Shown piece after piece: positions 14,108 through 27,233 of a DNA stretch of 64,000 nucleotides; the first letter of the stretch is position 1, and each line of letters opens with the position of its first letter. Source of the DNA: Octopus bimaculoides (lineage: Eukaryota); NCBI RefSeq assembly GCF_001194135.2, contig NC_069006.1, positions 9,170,237-9,234,236 of the forward strand. The letters run 5' to 3'. A program made the translations under genes and the position numbers. The notes beneath the pieces are model-generated. The model worked only from the letters and a program-made list of their open reading frames with translations, had not been told where the DNA came from and did no database searches.

Positions 14108-14315
14108 AAGGTGGCAAGCTGGCCGAAACGTTAGCACCCTGACGAAATGCTCAGCAGTATTTCATGTCTTTACATTCTGAGTTCAAATTCCACTGAGGTT
14201 GACTTTACCTTTCATGCTTTCGGGGTCAATAAATTAAGTACCAGTTGCATACTGGGGTCGATTTAATCAACTGGCCCCCTCCCCCAAAATTTCAGGCCTT
14301 GTGCCTCAGAAGAAA
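14108..14315 (+). mobile_element. SINE family C copy
   Basis: Matches 40179-40395. Confidence 0.8.
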
Positions 14316-15220
14316 AACAATTTGGGAAATAATAATTGATAATTGATAATAATAATTACACAATAAATAATTGTCAGGGAGCAATTATCTGGGGGTAGTT
14401 GTGCAGAGGTTAGTTGTCTTGTTAGCAAGAGTAAAAAAACATTATTCATACGTGAAGTTTTCCTTTGCTGTATCTAGAATAACACAGTGATCTTTGGCCT
14501 GCTATAGATTCTAGTATATGTATGGCGTGGTGTGTGAGGCTGAATATGTACATACATATATAGCAGTAGTAACACATGCTACCATATTCAACTCGTGTAA
14601 ATTTATCCAGATATTGTATATTTTCTCATAATCATTTATATGTAATATGGCTCAAAATGGAATGGTCTCGAAACATTTGTAGCAAGTATTAAACTTGTGC
14701 TACACTGACTCTTTATCTTCTGTCTTGACTTCTATATAGGCATGGCTGGGTGGTAAGAAGCTTGCTTCCCAACCATGTGGTTCCAGGGTCAGTCCCACTG
14801 TGTGACACCTTGGCTATGTGTCTTCTATTGGGCTGGCCAGAGCCTTATGAGTGAACTTGGTAAATCGAAACTGAAAAAGCTTGTCGCGTGCACATATGAG
14901 TGTGTGGGTGAGACTGTGTGTGTGTCTGTGCATGTTGGTGTGTGTGTATACATGCATGTAAATGTATGTATGTGTTAGTGTGTGTGCATTTGTATGTTCC
15001 CTTGTCTTGATATCATGTGGTGGTTGTAAATAAGCATCACCATCATACAAGCAGTGTTGTTTGTTTCCAGCCTTCTGTGAAAAGAGGAAATAATACCTTG
15101 CTTGGAAACAGGTGTATGTTTGTGTATGTATTTCAGCATGTCTGTGTATCTGTGTATGGTTATATCAGTATGTCCATGTATTTGTGATTTTATGCAACAC
15201 GTACACATTAGTAAGAGGGT

Positions 15221-15546
15221 AGAGACCCCCCTTCAGTTATGAATGGCCATGGAATTGCTTCTAGAAAGTCACCCTCCAAGGCACAAGTCTGGGCAAGGCT
15301 GTTTATGGAAGACCAGCAGTCAGCTATGCATACCAGCCTCTCCTCTCCATGCAAGGGAAAAGCAAAGGGGCCAATACAGCTTGGCACCAGTGACGTCGCA
15401 ACTCAATTCTACGGCTGAGTTAATTGGAGCAATGTGAAATAAAGTGTCTTGCTCAAGAACACAACACACATCCTGGTCCGGGAATCAAACTCACTACCTC
15501 ATAATTGTGAGCTTGACACTCTAACCACTGAGCCATGTGCAATCAC
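15221..15546 (-). mobile_element. SINE family B copy
   Basis: Reverse complement of 63306-63645. Confidence 0.8.
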
Positions 15547-16369
15547 ATTAGTATATTTATGCATATGTGAATATTTCAAATTAGCTGTTGTTGTTGCTGT
15601 GATCTTGGAGGGCTATGATCAAAGACATTCCTTTTATGACCACCCTGTTTTAATTAGAGGAGTTATATAGGAGTACCTTATTCAACATGTCCTTCTCTTT
15701 ATTCCTACTATCTTTTTTAATGAATCCTATTACAATGTATGTGTACGTATGTGTGTGTGTGTGTACATATATATGCACGCACACACACATGCATATATAT
15801 ATATATATATATATTTATCAACACATGCTGAAATGTGTGTGTGTGGGTTTAAGAGGTATTCAAGTCTTGAGTTATCTTTGAATTTAAGTGTGTGTATATA
15901 TGTATGTATGTATATATTTTGTTGATTTATCTATATGATAATTAGGTGTGTATGTGTGTATCCGTATAGGTGCAGTTTGACATATATTTCAAGGTCCAAT
16001 TAACTATCTTCATGAGGAAGACCATGTTCATGAATATTTCTTATTTATTTATTTATTGTTATCAACCATTTCAACAATCTGATGTTGTTTAGCCCCAGGT
16101 CAGCTCTGACGAGGCAGACATATAGTCAAACCATTCCAGCCATGACCAACCCATATTATTTTTAGACAATGTATCTGGGACTACATTAGCCAATGTGCCT
16201 GCCACTTTTTAAGCTGGTATGGATGTAAGTTGTGATGAATTTAGCTGTTGTTTCTAGCAGGTTGAACTACCATACAGATGCTTTTTCGGTGACTATTAGT
16301 TTAATTCTGTGTATGTCTACCATTCATGCACACAAATTATGTATAGAAACACACACGCACACACACACA

Positions 16370-16640
16370 CACACCTTATCTGTATCTATCTATCTCTCTC
16401 TTTCTCTATCTATCTATCTATCGTTACCTCTGTCTGTCTGTCTCTCTACCTCTGTCTCTCTCTCTCTCTACTTCTCTGTCTCTCTCTACCTCTCTGTCTC
16501 TCTCTACCTCTCTGTCTCTCTCTCTCTCTTCCTCTCCCTCTCTCTAACTCTACTTCTCTCCCCTTTTTCTTACTTTCTTTCTCTCTTTCTCTCTCTCTTT
16601 CTCTCTCTTTCTCTCTTTCCCATTCTCTCTTTCTCTCTCA
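16370..16640. repeat. CT-rich low-complexity array
   Basis: Direct inspection; similar tracts at about 1075-1330, 30715-31050 and 43440-43535. Confidence 0.9.
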
Positions 16641-16926
16641 TGAAGAAACCAGACAAAGAAACTTCACTTAAGACCATTTTTCTTCCACCAAAGCTGAAAA
16701 CCCCTGTTGTTTTCCCTTGTTGGTTTATGAAAGCAAAAGAGGGAACAAACAAACCTTCCAAATATAATAAAGCTTTATTACTTTTCTTTTTACTGTGAAT
16801 ATTTCACTCCTTAAAAATGTCAGCTAAATTAAATAAACTGACAGAATATTCCAAGGAAGACATTCTCAATCACAGAACTTTCATCACCGTTTGCACCTTG
16901 CATGACAAACTAGAAAGGGAGCTCCT

Positions 16927-17039
16927 AAGTAGTAGTAGTAGTAGTAGCAGCAGCAGCAGCAGTAGTTGTAGTAACAGCAGCAGCAGTAGTAATTGTAGTA
17001 GTAGTAGGAGCAGCAGCAGCAGCAGCTGTAGTAGTAGTG

Positions 17040-17073
<34 letters not shown>

Positions 17074-17240
17074 CAGCAGCAGCAGCAACAGTAGTAGCAG
17101 TAGTAGTAGCAGCAGCAGTAGTAGTAGTGGTGGTGGTGGTGGTGGTGGTAGTAATAGTACCAGCAGCAACAGTAGCAGCAGTAGCAGTAGTAGTAGTAGT
17201 AGTTGTAGTAGTAACAGCAGTAGTAGTAGTAAGAGTAGTA
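16927..17240. repeat. Compound (AGT)n/(AGC)n/(GGT)n trinucleotide array
   Basis: Direct inspection; generates the poly-S/V/L/T/Y ORFs in the track. Confidence 0.95.
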
Positions 17241-17381
17241 GTGTATGTACACATACACTCTAAACCTGACACTCCGTCAGTTATGACAATGAGTGTTCCA
17301 GTTGATCCAATCAAAAGGTCAGCCTGCTCATGAAATTAACATGCAAGCGGCTGAGTACTCCACAAATATGCGTAACATTAA

Positions 17382-17582
17382 CCCTTTGGCATTCAAATTA
17401 TTCTGTCAAATGTAAAGCTTATTTCTTCACATTGTCTTGACTGGATTCTGCATTTCCTCATAGCCCCACGATTTCAATGCTGTGATTGTATATTTCTAGA
17501 ATGACATTGTAGGGTAGGTGTGAGAGGCTGGATCTGCCCAAGAAAATTTGGGACTGATATGGCCAGTTTAAATGCAAAGCGG
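17382..17582 (+). mobile_element. TTAA-type MITE (CCCTTTAGCATT family) inserted into a SINE family B copy
   Basis: ttaa-ccctttggcatt...aatgcaaagcgg-ttag, located at the position where the host reads cccttaatgtagttctc (compare 39660). Other copies at about 42460-42556, 45135-45330 and 57644-57850. Confidence 0.7.
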
Positions 17583-19061
17583 TTAGCCTAGTTCTCAAGG
17601 AGATTCAGCATGACAAGGGTGACCCTTTTGAATTACTGGTATAACTCATTTCTGCCAGGTGAGTCGACTGGAGCAATGGGAAATTAAGGGTCTGTCTCAA
17701 GGACGCAATGTGTTGCCTGGTATTGAACCGATGCTGGTGTGTTTACATCCTTGTAACTTAGCAGTTCGTCAAGAGACACCGATAGAATAAGTACTAGGCT
17801 TACAAAGAATAAGTCCTGGGGTCGATTTGCTTGACTAAAGGCTGTGCTCCAGCATGGCCGCGTATTTTTAGGGGTTTGTCTTTTATTCAGAGACCAAAAC
17901 TAGGCTCCATATTTCCTTCCTTGCAACCGTGTATTTTTTCACCATCCCCAACAAACTCAACATTTCCACCATCACCTTTTAAAACCCGTAAGCCATGAGG
18001 TTCAATTACTTCTGTCTTTTCTTTCATTCTGTTTAATGCTGAGATGCAAATAAATATTCGCTGTAATTGTTTTTTTCCCTGGCATTCTCACTGATAGAGA
18101 TGACTGAGGCCCGTTAGACAATCTGTGACGATAATATTTTAGTTGACCTTTTCTCAGCTGCTAATTTAAATCTTGCTTTGGGGTGGAGTGAGATAGAGTT
18201 TGTTTACTGTTCATCTGTGTTAACTTATTGAAAGGGTATTGGGTAAACACATAAACCCCACCGCACCCTGTAAAGTTATCTGGGTAGCTTTTCAAATTAT
18301 TTTGTTTGTTGAAAGTTAGCATAATACCAAATTGGAAAAACAATGGATATATAATGTGACTGTATGGTTAAGAAGCTCTCTTTGCAACCACAGTGTTCCA
18401 GGTTCAGTCCCACTTCATGGCACCTTGGGTAAGTATCTTTTACTATAGCCTCAGGCCAACCATGCCTTGTGAGTGGATTTGGTAAACAGACACTGAAAGA
18501 AGGTAATTATGTGTGTGTTTGTGTGTATGTGTATGTTTGTGTCTGTGTTTGTCTCCCTTCACTGCTTGATAACCTGTGTAAGTGTATTTTTGTCCCCGTA
18601 ACTTAGCAAAAAAGACCAATAGAATAAGCACCAGGGTTTAAAGAGAAATAAAATTCAACTAAAATCCTTTAACGTCTGCTTTCCATGCTGGCATGGGTTG
18701 GACGGTTCGACAGGAGTCGGCAAACCAGAGGGCTGCACCAGGTTCCAGTCATCTGTTTTGGCAGAAATTTAGCATTAAACTAAAGGATTACTCAATACTT
18801 TTTAGTAGAGGACATATTTATTAAAANNNNNNNNNNNNNNNNNNNNNNNNNNNNNNNNNNNNNNNNNNNNNNNNNNNNNNNNNNNNNNNNNNNNNNNNNN
18901 NNNNNNNNNNNNNNNNNNNNNNNNNNNNNNNNNNNNNNNNNNNNNNNNNNNNNNNNNNNNNNNNNNNNNNNNNNNNNNNNNNNNNNNNNNNNNNNNNNNN
19001 NNNNNNNNNNNNNNNNNNNNNNNNNNNNNNNNNNNNNNNNNNNNNNNNNNNNNNNNNNNNN

Positions 19062-19560
19062 GGATGTTAACATAAAGCTGAAGATCAGTGAAAAAGAAAA
19101 TACCTACGCTGATTGAGAAATCTGCATTTACTCTATCCAGATTACAAATTCAGGTTTATACCTGGGATATGTAACACACTGCCTAAATACCAATCTTGAG
19201 AAATTAGGCTCCTCAAAACCAGAAAGGAGAAAGCTGATTCGAAGACTACAGATCCAATCCATCACTGGAACTGTAAAAACCTGTAAAACTTTCCAGAAGT
19301 TTATCATTTAAATATATAAGAGCATGTCTACACATGCAACTATATGCATGAGAATACATAAAACATACAAATCTGCACATACATACATTCGTACATACAT
19401 ACATACATACATACATACATACATACATACATACCCTCTTGTTGTTGTTGAAATTGCAATGAAGGAGCCTTGGACCTGGGTCAGAAACCGTCTCTTTCTC
19501 TATTGGCAAAGACATCTTGAAATAAAACCGAATAATGACATACATATCATTGATGCCACA
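19062..19560 (+). repeat. Unclassified dispersed repeat, second copy at about 56870-57300
   Basis: Colinear aagatcagtgaaaaag...ccagattacaa.ttcagg...catcactggaactgtaaa...(atac)n...gaagg.gccttgga.ct.ggt.agaaacc in both copies. Confidence 0.8.
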
Positions 19561-20028
19561 AAATTTTTTTAACTTCAGAGAGAACATGACATCATTTTTT
19601 TATGGAATATTGGATCTCAATGCACATCACATAAGGCTATAAGTAATAGCATATAAATATTGGGTTGTAAAATCCTTTTGGAGAGAAAAATTCGAAGGCT
19701 GTCTGTAAAACTTGAGCCCATATTTCTTCTGGCAGCCTTTGACATCTTATAAGGCAGCAAGCTGGCAGAATCGTTAGCAGCATTTCCTCTCTCTTTATGT
19801 TCTGAGTTCAAATTCTACTGGGGTCGACATTGCTTGTCGTCCTTTCAAGGTCATGGAAATAAATACCATTTAAATACTAGGGTCAATACAATCAACTAGC
19901 CCCTAACTTCAAATTTCAAACCTGATGCATGTCGTACAAAGGATTATTTAAGGCTTTATGTGATGTACATTGAGAGCCAATATTCCCAAAAAGAATGTAT
20001 ATACATATACATATATATGTATGAAATA

Positions 20029-20193
20029 GGCGCAGGAGTGGCTTTGTGGTAAGTAGCTTGCTTACCAACCACATAGCTCTGAGTTCAGACCCACTGCGTG
20101 GCACCTTAGGCAAGTGTCTTCTACTATAGACTCGGGCCGACCAAAGCCTTGTGAGTGGATTTGGTAGACGGAAACTGAAAGAAGCCAGTCATA

Positions 20194-20233
<40 letters not shown>

Positions 20234-20494
20234 TGTGTGTGTATATATGCATGTGTGTGTATATATGCATGTGTGTGTATATGTTTGTGTGTCTGTGTTT
20301 GTCCCCCAACATCGCTTGACAACTGATGCTGGTGTGTTTACGTCTCCGTAATTTAGTGGTTCGGCATAAGAGACCGATAGAATAAGTACTAGGCTTACAA
20401 AGAATAAGTCCTGGGGTCGATTTCTCCAACTGAAAAGATGGTGCCCTAGCATGGCCGCAGTCAAATAACTGAAACAAGTGAAAGAGTAAAAGAG
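20029..20494 (+). mobile_element. tRNA-derived SINE family A (CORE-like), near-complete copy with internal TA/TG microsatellite linker
   Basis: A-box-like ggagtggctttgtggtaag, B-box-like gagttcagacc, CORE-like ggcaccttaggcaagtgtcttc, (TA)n/(TG)n linker, 3' module ending actgaaacaagtgaaagagtaaaagag. More than 15 homologous copies in the window. Confidence 0.85.
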
Positions 20495-20831
20495 TATATA
20501 TGAATGTATATGTATGTGAAATTATGTGTGTATATTTTCATTTGATGAGCCAGTGACGAGAGAAGATTATTGTAATAACTAGAATAAACAGAAATCAGCT
20601 ATCCAAAGGGATTTACTATAAGTAGCTTCTGGAAAGTTCCATTCATATGCATGATGAAAATAACATATGTGGAAACTTTGCTGCTAGGAGAATGCTGTCT
20701 TTTTTTCTCTCCTTCACCTTTTCTCTCTTCCCTTTTGGTATCTGAATTTACCTTTATTTTTCTATGCCTCTTTAACTTTCTCAGATGTCTTTCTCTGTTT
20801 CTCTTTCTCCCTTTCTCTTTGTATGTGCTTG

Positions 20832-20863
<32 letters not shown>

Positions 20864-20872
20864 CATACATAC

Positions 20873-20933
<61 letters not shown>

Positions 20934-21754
20934 ATCTATATATGCGCAGGCATGGCTTGCTTCCCAACCACATGGTTCCAAGTTCAATCCCACTGCATGT
21001 CACCTTGGGCAAGTGTCTTCTACTATAACCTCAGGCCAACCAAAGCCTTGTGAGTGGATTTGGTAGACAGAAACTGAAAGAAGCCTGTCATGTATATATA
21101 TGTATATATATATACATGTATAAAAGTGTATGTATATATATATATATATATATATAAAACGGATGTTAAAAGATGATGATGGTGATGATGATGACATACA
21201 TGTCTATCTCTCTCTTTTTCTCTCTCTGTCTATCTATCTTTATTTACCAATCTGTCAATCTCTGTCTCCCTCTCTTTCTCTCATCCCCCCTCTCTCTCTC
21301 TCTCTCTCTCTAACGTTTATTCTACTCCTCCTCCCTTTCATTCAAAGTCTTATTTATTTTCCTTTGCCAATGTCAGTCAGCTGAAAGAGATTGTTTTTTG
21401 TAGGAGATATGTTGAGTTGTTGTTGTTATTTAGACCCCCCAGGGCTGCTCTGATCAAGCAGAGAGAGCGTGGTGTGGGTGGGAGAAAGAATTCCTATGAT
21501 CAAAGATGTGCCTAGCCATGACATTCCCATCTGTTTCCAGACATAGAGTACCCAGGGTCACATAATCCAATCTGTCCTTCCTTTCATTAAGACTGTACGA
21601 TGAGATTCAAGGGAGAGTTACCTGTTATTTCAAGCAGGCTAAATGGTCACATGTAGGTAATCTACAGAGATAGAGAATTTATGATACTTAAAGAAATTAC
21701 TCTGGGAATTCTTTAAAAGTTTATTTTTAATCTTAGGAAACCATTACACTTTGC

Positions 21755-22520
21755 TTACCTTTTGATATCAATCCACCTGAGACCATCTCTGGTCCTATGA
21801 TACAAACTTTATGCTTTACAGTAATGTAGATTAAAATATTCCATCAAATTTTCATGTTCCTTTATGTTCCAAAAACCAGCTTAACCCATTACCTACCAGT
21901 GATCTCATATGAGATCACTTAAAAATTACAAATTTCGTAATTATCTATCAATATTTACACATATTTAACCTTTTTTTCGCCGATATTCAAATGAAGTTTG
22001 CTAATTTTTCAACCAATATCTTGCTTATTTCTATTTAAAATGTTATTTTGAAATGTTATTTTGTTCATTCCAGCGTGTTTCTAAGGCTGTTTTATGCTAG
22101 AAATCAAAGTTTCATAAAAAAATTCCAGTTAATAGAATTATGGGAGGTCATGGGTTAATAATGACAAAGCTAGTTTACAAAATTCTTAATTATCTTAGAA
22201 ATTAATTGAAACAATTATATATATATAGCTATGTGTGTGTGTGTCTTAGTGACTGTGTTTGTCTCCCATCACAACTTGACAAATTTCTAGCAGAATTATG
22301 GTAACAAAAGTGATATAAATTCAGACTTTCTATTGAAATTTCATGCTAATTTATGTTCCAAACATCAGTTATTTAACTAAATTCTTCATTAATTTCAAAA
22401 TTAATTGAACCGAATGGAACATATTTCTACAGGTAACAAAAGGGTTAAAGTGATTTAAATTAAAACCATCCACCAATATTTCTTGTTAATTTAAGTTCCA
22501 AACAACACCTTAATAATAGT
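21755..22520 (+). mobile_element. TTAA-type MITE (host) with tandemly repeated right half
   Basis: Homologous to the uninterrupted copy at about 24655-24898; ends ggtaacaaaagggttaa. Confidence 0.65.
21885..22154. mobile_element. TTAA-specific (piggyBac-like) MITE nested in another TTAA MITE
   Basis: TTAA at 21881-21884 and 22155-22158; TIRs CCCATTACCTACCA vs CCCATGACCTCCCA (12/14). Confidence 0.8.
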
Positions 22521-22544
22521 TTCAAATTTTGACTCAGGCACAGG

Positions 22545-22705
22545 TGCGGCTGTGTGGTAAGAAACTTGCTGTCCAAACATATGGTTCTGGGTTCAGTCCC
22601 ACTACCTGACACCTTGGGCAAGTGTCTTCTACAGCCTCGGGTCAGTGGATTTGGTAGACAGAAACTGAAAGAAGCCTACTGCACATATGTGTGTATATAT
22701 GTGTA

Positions 22706-22742
<37 letters not shown>

Positions 22743-22990
22743 CTATGTGTGTGCTTGTCTTAGTGACTGTGTTTGTCTCCCACCACAACTTGACAATTGG
22801 TGTTGGTGTGTTTATGTCTGTCCTTGTAACTTAGCAGTTCAGCAAAAGAGACTGATAGAATAAGTACTGGGCTTAATAAATAAAAAAGTGCTGGGGTTGA
22901 TTCATTCAACTAAAAAAGAAATTTTCTAGGTGGTGCCCCAGCATGGCCACAGTTTAATGACTGAAACAAGTAAAAGATAAAAGATAAAAC
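22545..22990 (+). mobile_element. SINE family A copy
   Basis: Head ggtgcggctgtgtggtaag, core, (TA)n linker, 3' module ending gtaaaagataaaagataaaa. Confidence 0.8.
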
Positions 22991-23420
22991 CAGCAAGTTC
23001 AGGGGAGGTGGGGTAAATCGATTACTTCGGGCCCCAGTGCTCAACTGGAACTTACTTTATTGACCCAGAAAGCATGAAAGGCAAAGCCGACCTTAGCCGA
23101 ATTTGAACTCAGAACATAAGGACAGGCGCTAAGCGTCTTGCCAGGCATGCTGTCAATTGAGCCAGCTTGCCATTTTCATAGACCAATTTAATAATCCTTT
23201 CTACTCTAGGCACAACACCTGAAATTTGGGGGGAGCTGGCCAGTCGATTAGATCAACCTCAGTATACATCTAGTACTTAATTTATTGACCCCGAAAGGAT
23301 GAAAGGTAAAATCAACCTCGGCGGAATTTGAACTCAGAATGTAAAGACGGACCAAATGCCACTAAGCTTTTTGCCCGGCATGCTAACAATTCTGCCAGCT
23401 TGCTACCTTAAACACCAATT
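22990..23420 (-). mobile_element. Two tandem SINE family C copies
   Basis: Two reverse-complement units, each ending gccagcttgc. Confidence 0.75.
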
Positions 23421-23429
23421 TAATAATGA

Positions 23430-23768
23430 CAGGAGTGGCTGTGTGGTAAGAAGCTTGTTTCCTAATTATATGGTTCTGGGTTCAGTCCCACTGTGTGGCA
23501 CCTTGGGCAAGTGTCTTCTACTGTAGCCTCAGGCCGACCAAAGCCCGTCGTATGTATAGATATATGCATATATTTGTGTATCTGTGTTTGTCCCCCCTAC
23601 CATCACTTGACAACAGATGATGGTGTGTATATGTCCCCATATCTTAGTGGCTCGGCAGAAGAGACCGATAAAATAAGTACTACAAAGAATAAGTCCTGGG
23701 GTTGATTTGTTCAATTAAAGGCAGTGCTCCAGCATGACCACAGTCAAATGACTGAAACAAATCAAAGA
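23430..23768 (+). mobile_element. SINE family A copy
   Basis: Head aggagtggctgtgtggtaag through actgaaacaaatcaaag. Confidence 0.8.
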
Positions 23769-24364
23769 AAAAAAAGCTATTTTCCTAAATCCGTCATTGT
23801 TTTTGGTTTTTTTTCATTAACAAAAACAAAAGCAGTGTGTTTTAATACAAACATGGTAACAAAAAGACCAATTATATTCTGACCTATTTTTCATAAAGGC
23901 ATGTTCAGAAAGGCAAGAATGCCACAAATTCTTGGTTTTACTTTCCTCCAACAAATTTTAGTCTTCATTTCTTTGATATTCTTCCAAATCCTAGTTGTTG
24001 ATATTGCTGTTGTTGTGGTGAGTGCCATGTCAAATATTCTAGTCGTATTGTTTCTTTGTTTGTATAGAAACACTGACTGTATTAACCTTGTTGTTTTGTT
24101 CCTTCAGCATTGATAAAAATAAATACTAGTAATTTTGACAATTGACAAGTCCCTTTACCCCTTGGGGTTCTGCAGTCATGCAGTGTATCTAGGGCGAGGA
24201 AAGCCTGGCAGAGCCCATCCCTCTCCAGGTTAAACTCATATCTACAGTTGAGTGGACTGGAGCAACGTGAAACGAAGTGTTTTGCTCAAGAACACAATGG
24301 ATTGCCTGGTCCAGGAATTGAAACCACAATCTTACGGTCATGAATCCAACACCCTAACCACTAA

Positions 24365-24582
24365 GTGCCTTCTTTTCTACTCTAGGCCCGGAATTTTTTT
24401 TTTGGGGGGTGGTCCAGTCGATTAGATCGATCCCAGGATGCAACTGGTCCTTAATTTATTGACCCCGAAAGGATGAAAAGCAAAGTGGACCTCGCTGGAA
24501 TTTGAACTCAGAACGTAAAGACAGATGAAATACTGCTAAGCATTTCGCCTGGTGAGCTAACTTTTCTGCCAGCTCGCTGCCT
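24365..24582 (-). mobile_element. SINE family C copy
   Basis: Reverse complement of 40179-40395. Confidence 0.8.
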
Positions 24583-27233
24583 TTTATTGAAACAGGTGCT
24601 GTGATGTAGTGGCTTAATTCTTTGTGAGCTGATTTGTGACAAGCTTTCTATTTGGATAGCTTTGATACCAACCAGAAACCCACCCACCCAACACTGCTCC
24701 TGGTTCTCTGATACAGATTTCATTCATGTTTAAAGTGATCTGAATTGAAAACTTCCCATCAAAATTTCAATCTAATTTATGCTCTAAACACCAGCTTAAT
24801 AATTATGGAACTATTTTACTAAGTTCTTCATTATTTTCAAAATTAATTAAAACAAAGCAATGTATTTCAACTGAAATATGATAAGAAAAAGTGTTAATAG
24901 CCTAATAGAAAGCAAGACCTCTACATGTCTGTAGACCCCCTGGGGTGTAAAAATCGGTGGTTATTTTATTCATTGCAAGGAATGGTTTGGGATGAAGTTT
25001 CTGAAGAGCTGTTACTATCATATGGAGAAAGAAAAGGACAAAGAATTGGAAAGCTTTTTGTTTTTCTTTCAATATTCTTGCGCTTCATACTGAAAACTAC
25101 AATTCTGAAAGAATTTTTATTCTTAGTATTTCAGATTTGTTGTACCCTCTTCCCACCGATTCCGTACCCCTTTCTTTCCCCATGAGGTACAGATAACTAT
25201 TCCAAAACCCCACCTGCTTTTCTATAGGATAAAAACAAGGTTTCCCCTCATCATCGTGGAGTGGGGGGAGTAGGGGGCATTCCTATTGTGTAGAATCAGA
25301 AATTCTCCAGTGCGCCAAAAACCGTAATTTCTTCGGTTGTGTGTGCTTTAAATATTGTAGATTACGATTTTCTAAAAATAAATAATAAATAAAAACTTTC
25401 CCCGTTCTCACTTTCCGTAATTTTTCAGTTTTGACTCTTCAGAATTTTTTTTTCCCCTCTCAGATTTATGTTTTAAACACCTGAGATTATGGGGTGGGGG
25501 TTTCAAAAATATACATTAAAATAAAAAATAAGCATTTAAAAAAATGTTCAAAAGCAGTCAAAACAGGAAAAATTACGGAAAAGTGTTGGAGCTGTACACT
25601 CTGCCAATTTTTTATTTTGGTCTTTAGTTTTTCGCTAAACTATAATCTACGATGTTTGAAACATGCACAGGTCAAGAAATTAGCGGTTTAGGTGGGGTTT
25701 TTTTCACAAAAAAAAAAAATAGTGCAACAGGTGTAAACAATGGTGTAGGAAACGAATATGAAAGCAAAAATTCCAGGTAAGTAAGTGGAGGGGACTTCGG
25801 AAAATTCACAAGATCTGAGTTTTTCCCTCGTAACTTTGAGGAAAATATAATCCTTTTGAAATCACAAATTAGGCCTTTCCTCGGGAACTTAGATGCTAAA
25901 CATCCCTTTGAAGGGTTCGGGTCAAATAGACATAACTACAGATGTGTTCTCACTCCCCATCACCGACTTTGTTTCTATTTTTTAAATGAAATTTCCCAGA
26001 GTTACATTTTAAACGGTGGAGATTAGGCTTATGTCAGAATTTGTTGTTGAAAAAATGTTTTTAAAAAACTGGAGAGGAGTTTTTGAATAATTCACACACC
26101 TCAATTTGTTTCCACATAACTTTCTGAAAAATGTATATTTTTAAATAAAATTTTCAGCAAATACGTTTGAGATGGTACAAATTACGATTATGTTGGAATT
26201 TAAGGTACAAAAAGAAATTTGAGGTTGGGTTGGGCATTTCAAACACTTCGACTTTGTTTCCTCATACATTTTGAAGAGGTATGGGAACTACCCCCACCCT
26301 TACACATACATCATTATTTTATTTTTCACACCAAATTCCGATATAATCTTAATCTTAATCTATATAATCTGAAATGTATTTGTTGAAAATTTTATTAAAA
26401 TACGTATATCAAAATATTAAAACACGTAAAGGCGGTATTCCAGCATGGCCACAGTCATTGGACTGAAACATATAAAAGAATATTTTTCAGAAAGATATGA
26501 AGAAACAAAGTCTGGTGGGTAGATACACTCATCTATAATAGCCACAGCGGCAAATGTAGAAACAAATGTCGATCATTGGACATTTGGTTTTTCTGCAACC
26601 TCTCGAGTTGCTTCCTGCATGGACTCACTTTTTTTCGTCTGGACCTCAGTCGGTCGTTATTTATCGCAGAGTTTCGTTAGCGACTTTTGCAAGGCTCTTG
26701 TCTCCATTAACCCCTTAACATATCATCCCGTATGTTATATACATTCACTGCATTCTGGGGTATCTGTCCCTTATTTCTAACCCAAAATGCTTCGTTCATG
26801 ATGTTATTCCCGTTTTCTATCATTAGCAGCCACCAGTAACGATCATTTCTATGAGTAACTTCATAATAATCCATAACTGATCCAAAATAATTTGTGTACT
26901 TATTCTTCCTTATATAAAGATTCAAAATAAATAATAAAATATATTTTTTGCATGGAAATCGAAAAAGATGTGTATGTTAAGAGATTAAGAAGTTTCTGGA
27001 ACTTTATGCGCCGTATGTTTATTAACGAGACCCTTAGTCAAATGCATGGTTGAGATTGCGAGCAGTCTCTGCTGTTTGTGTTCCGTTTTGTGTTCAAATT
27101 TGCTGGGAGTTTTCTTCCATCTTTTTATTTGACAGCCTAAAAATAAACAGTGAAAGCAAAAGTATTAGCTTAAATCAAGGAATGGAAGCCTTCACTTCAA
27201 AATTATGTATTTATATGAACATGATTAATAGGT

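Noticed and set aside
16870-17333. Poly-L, poly-Y/C, poly-T/A and poly-V ORFs
   Set aside because: Alternative frames of one trinucleotide array.
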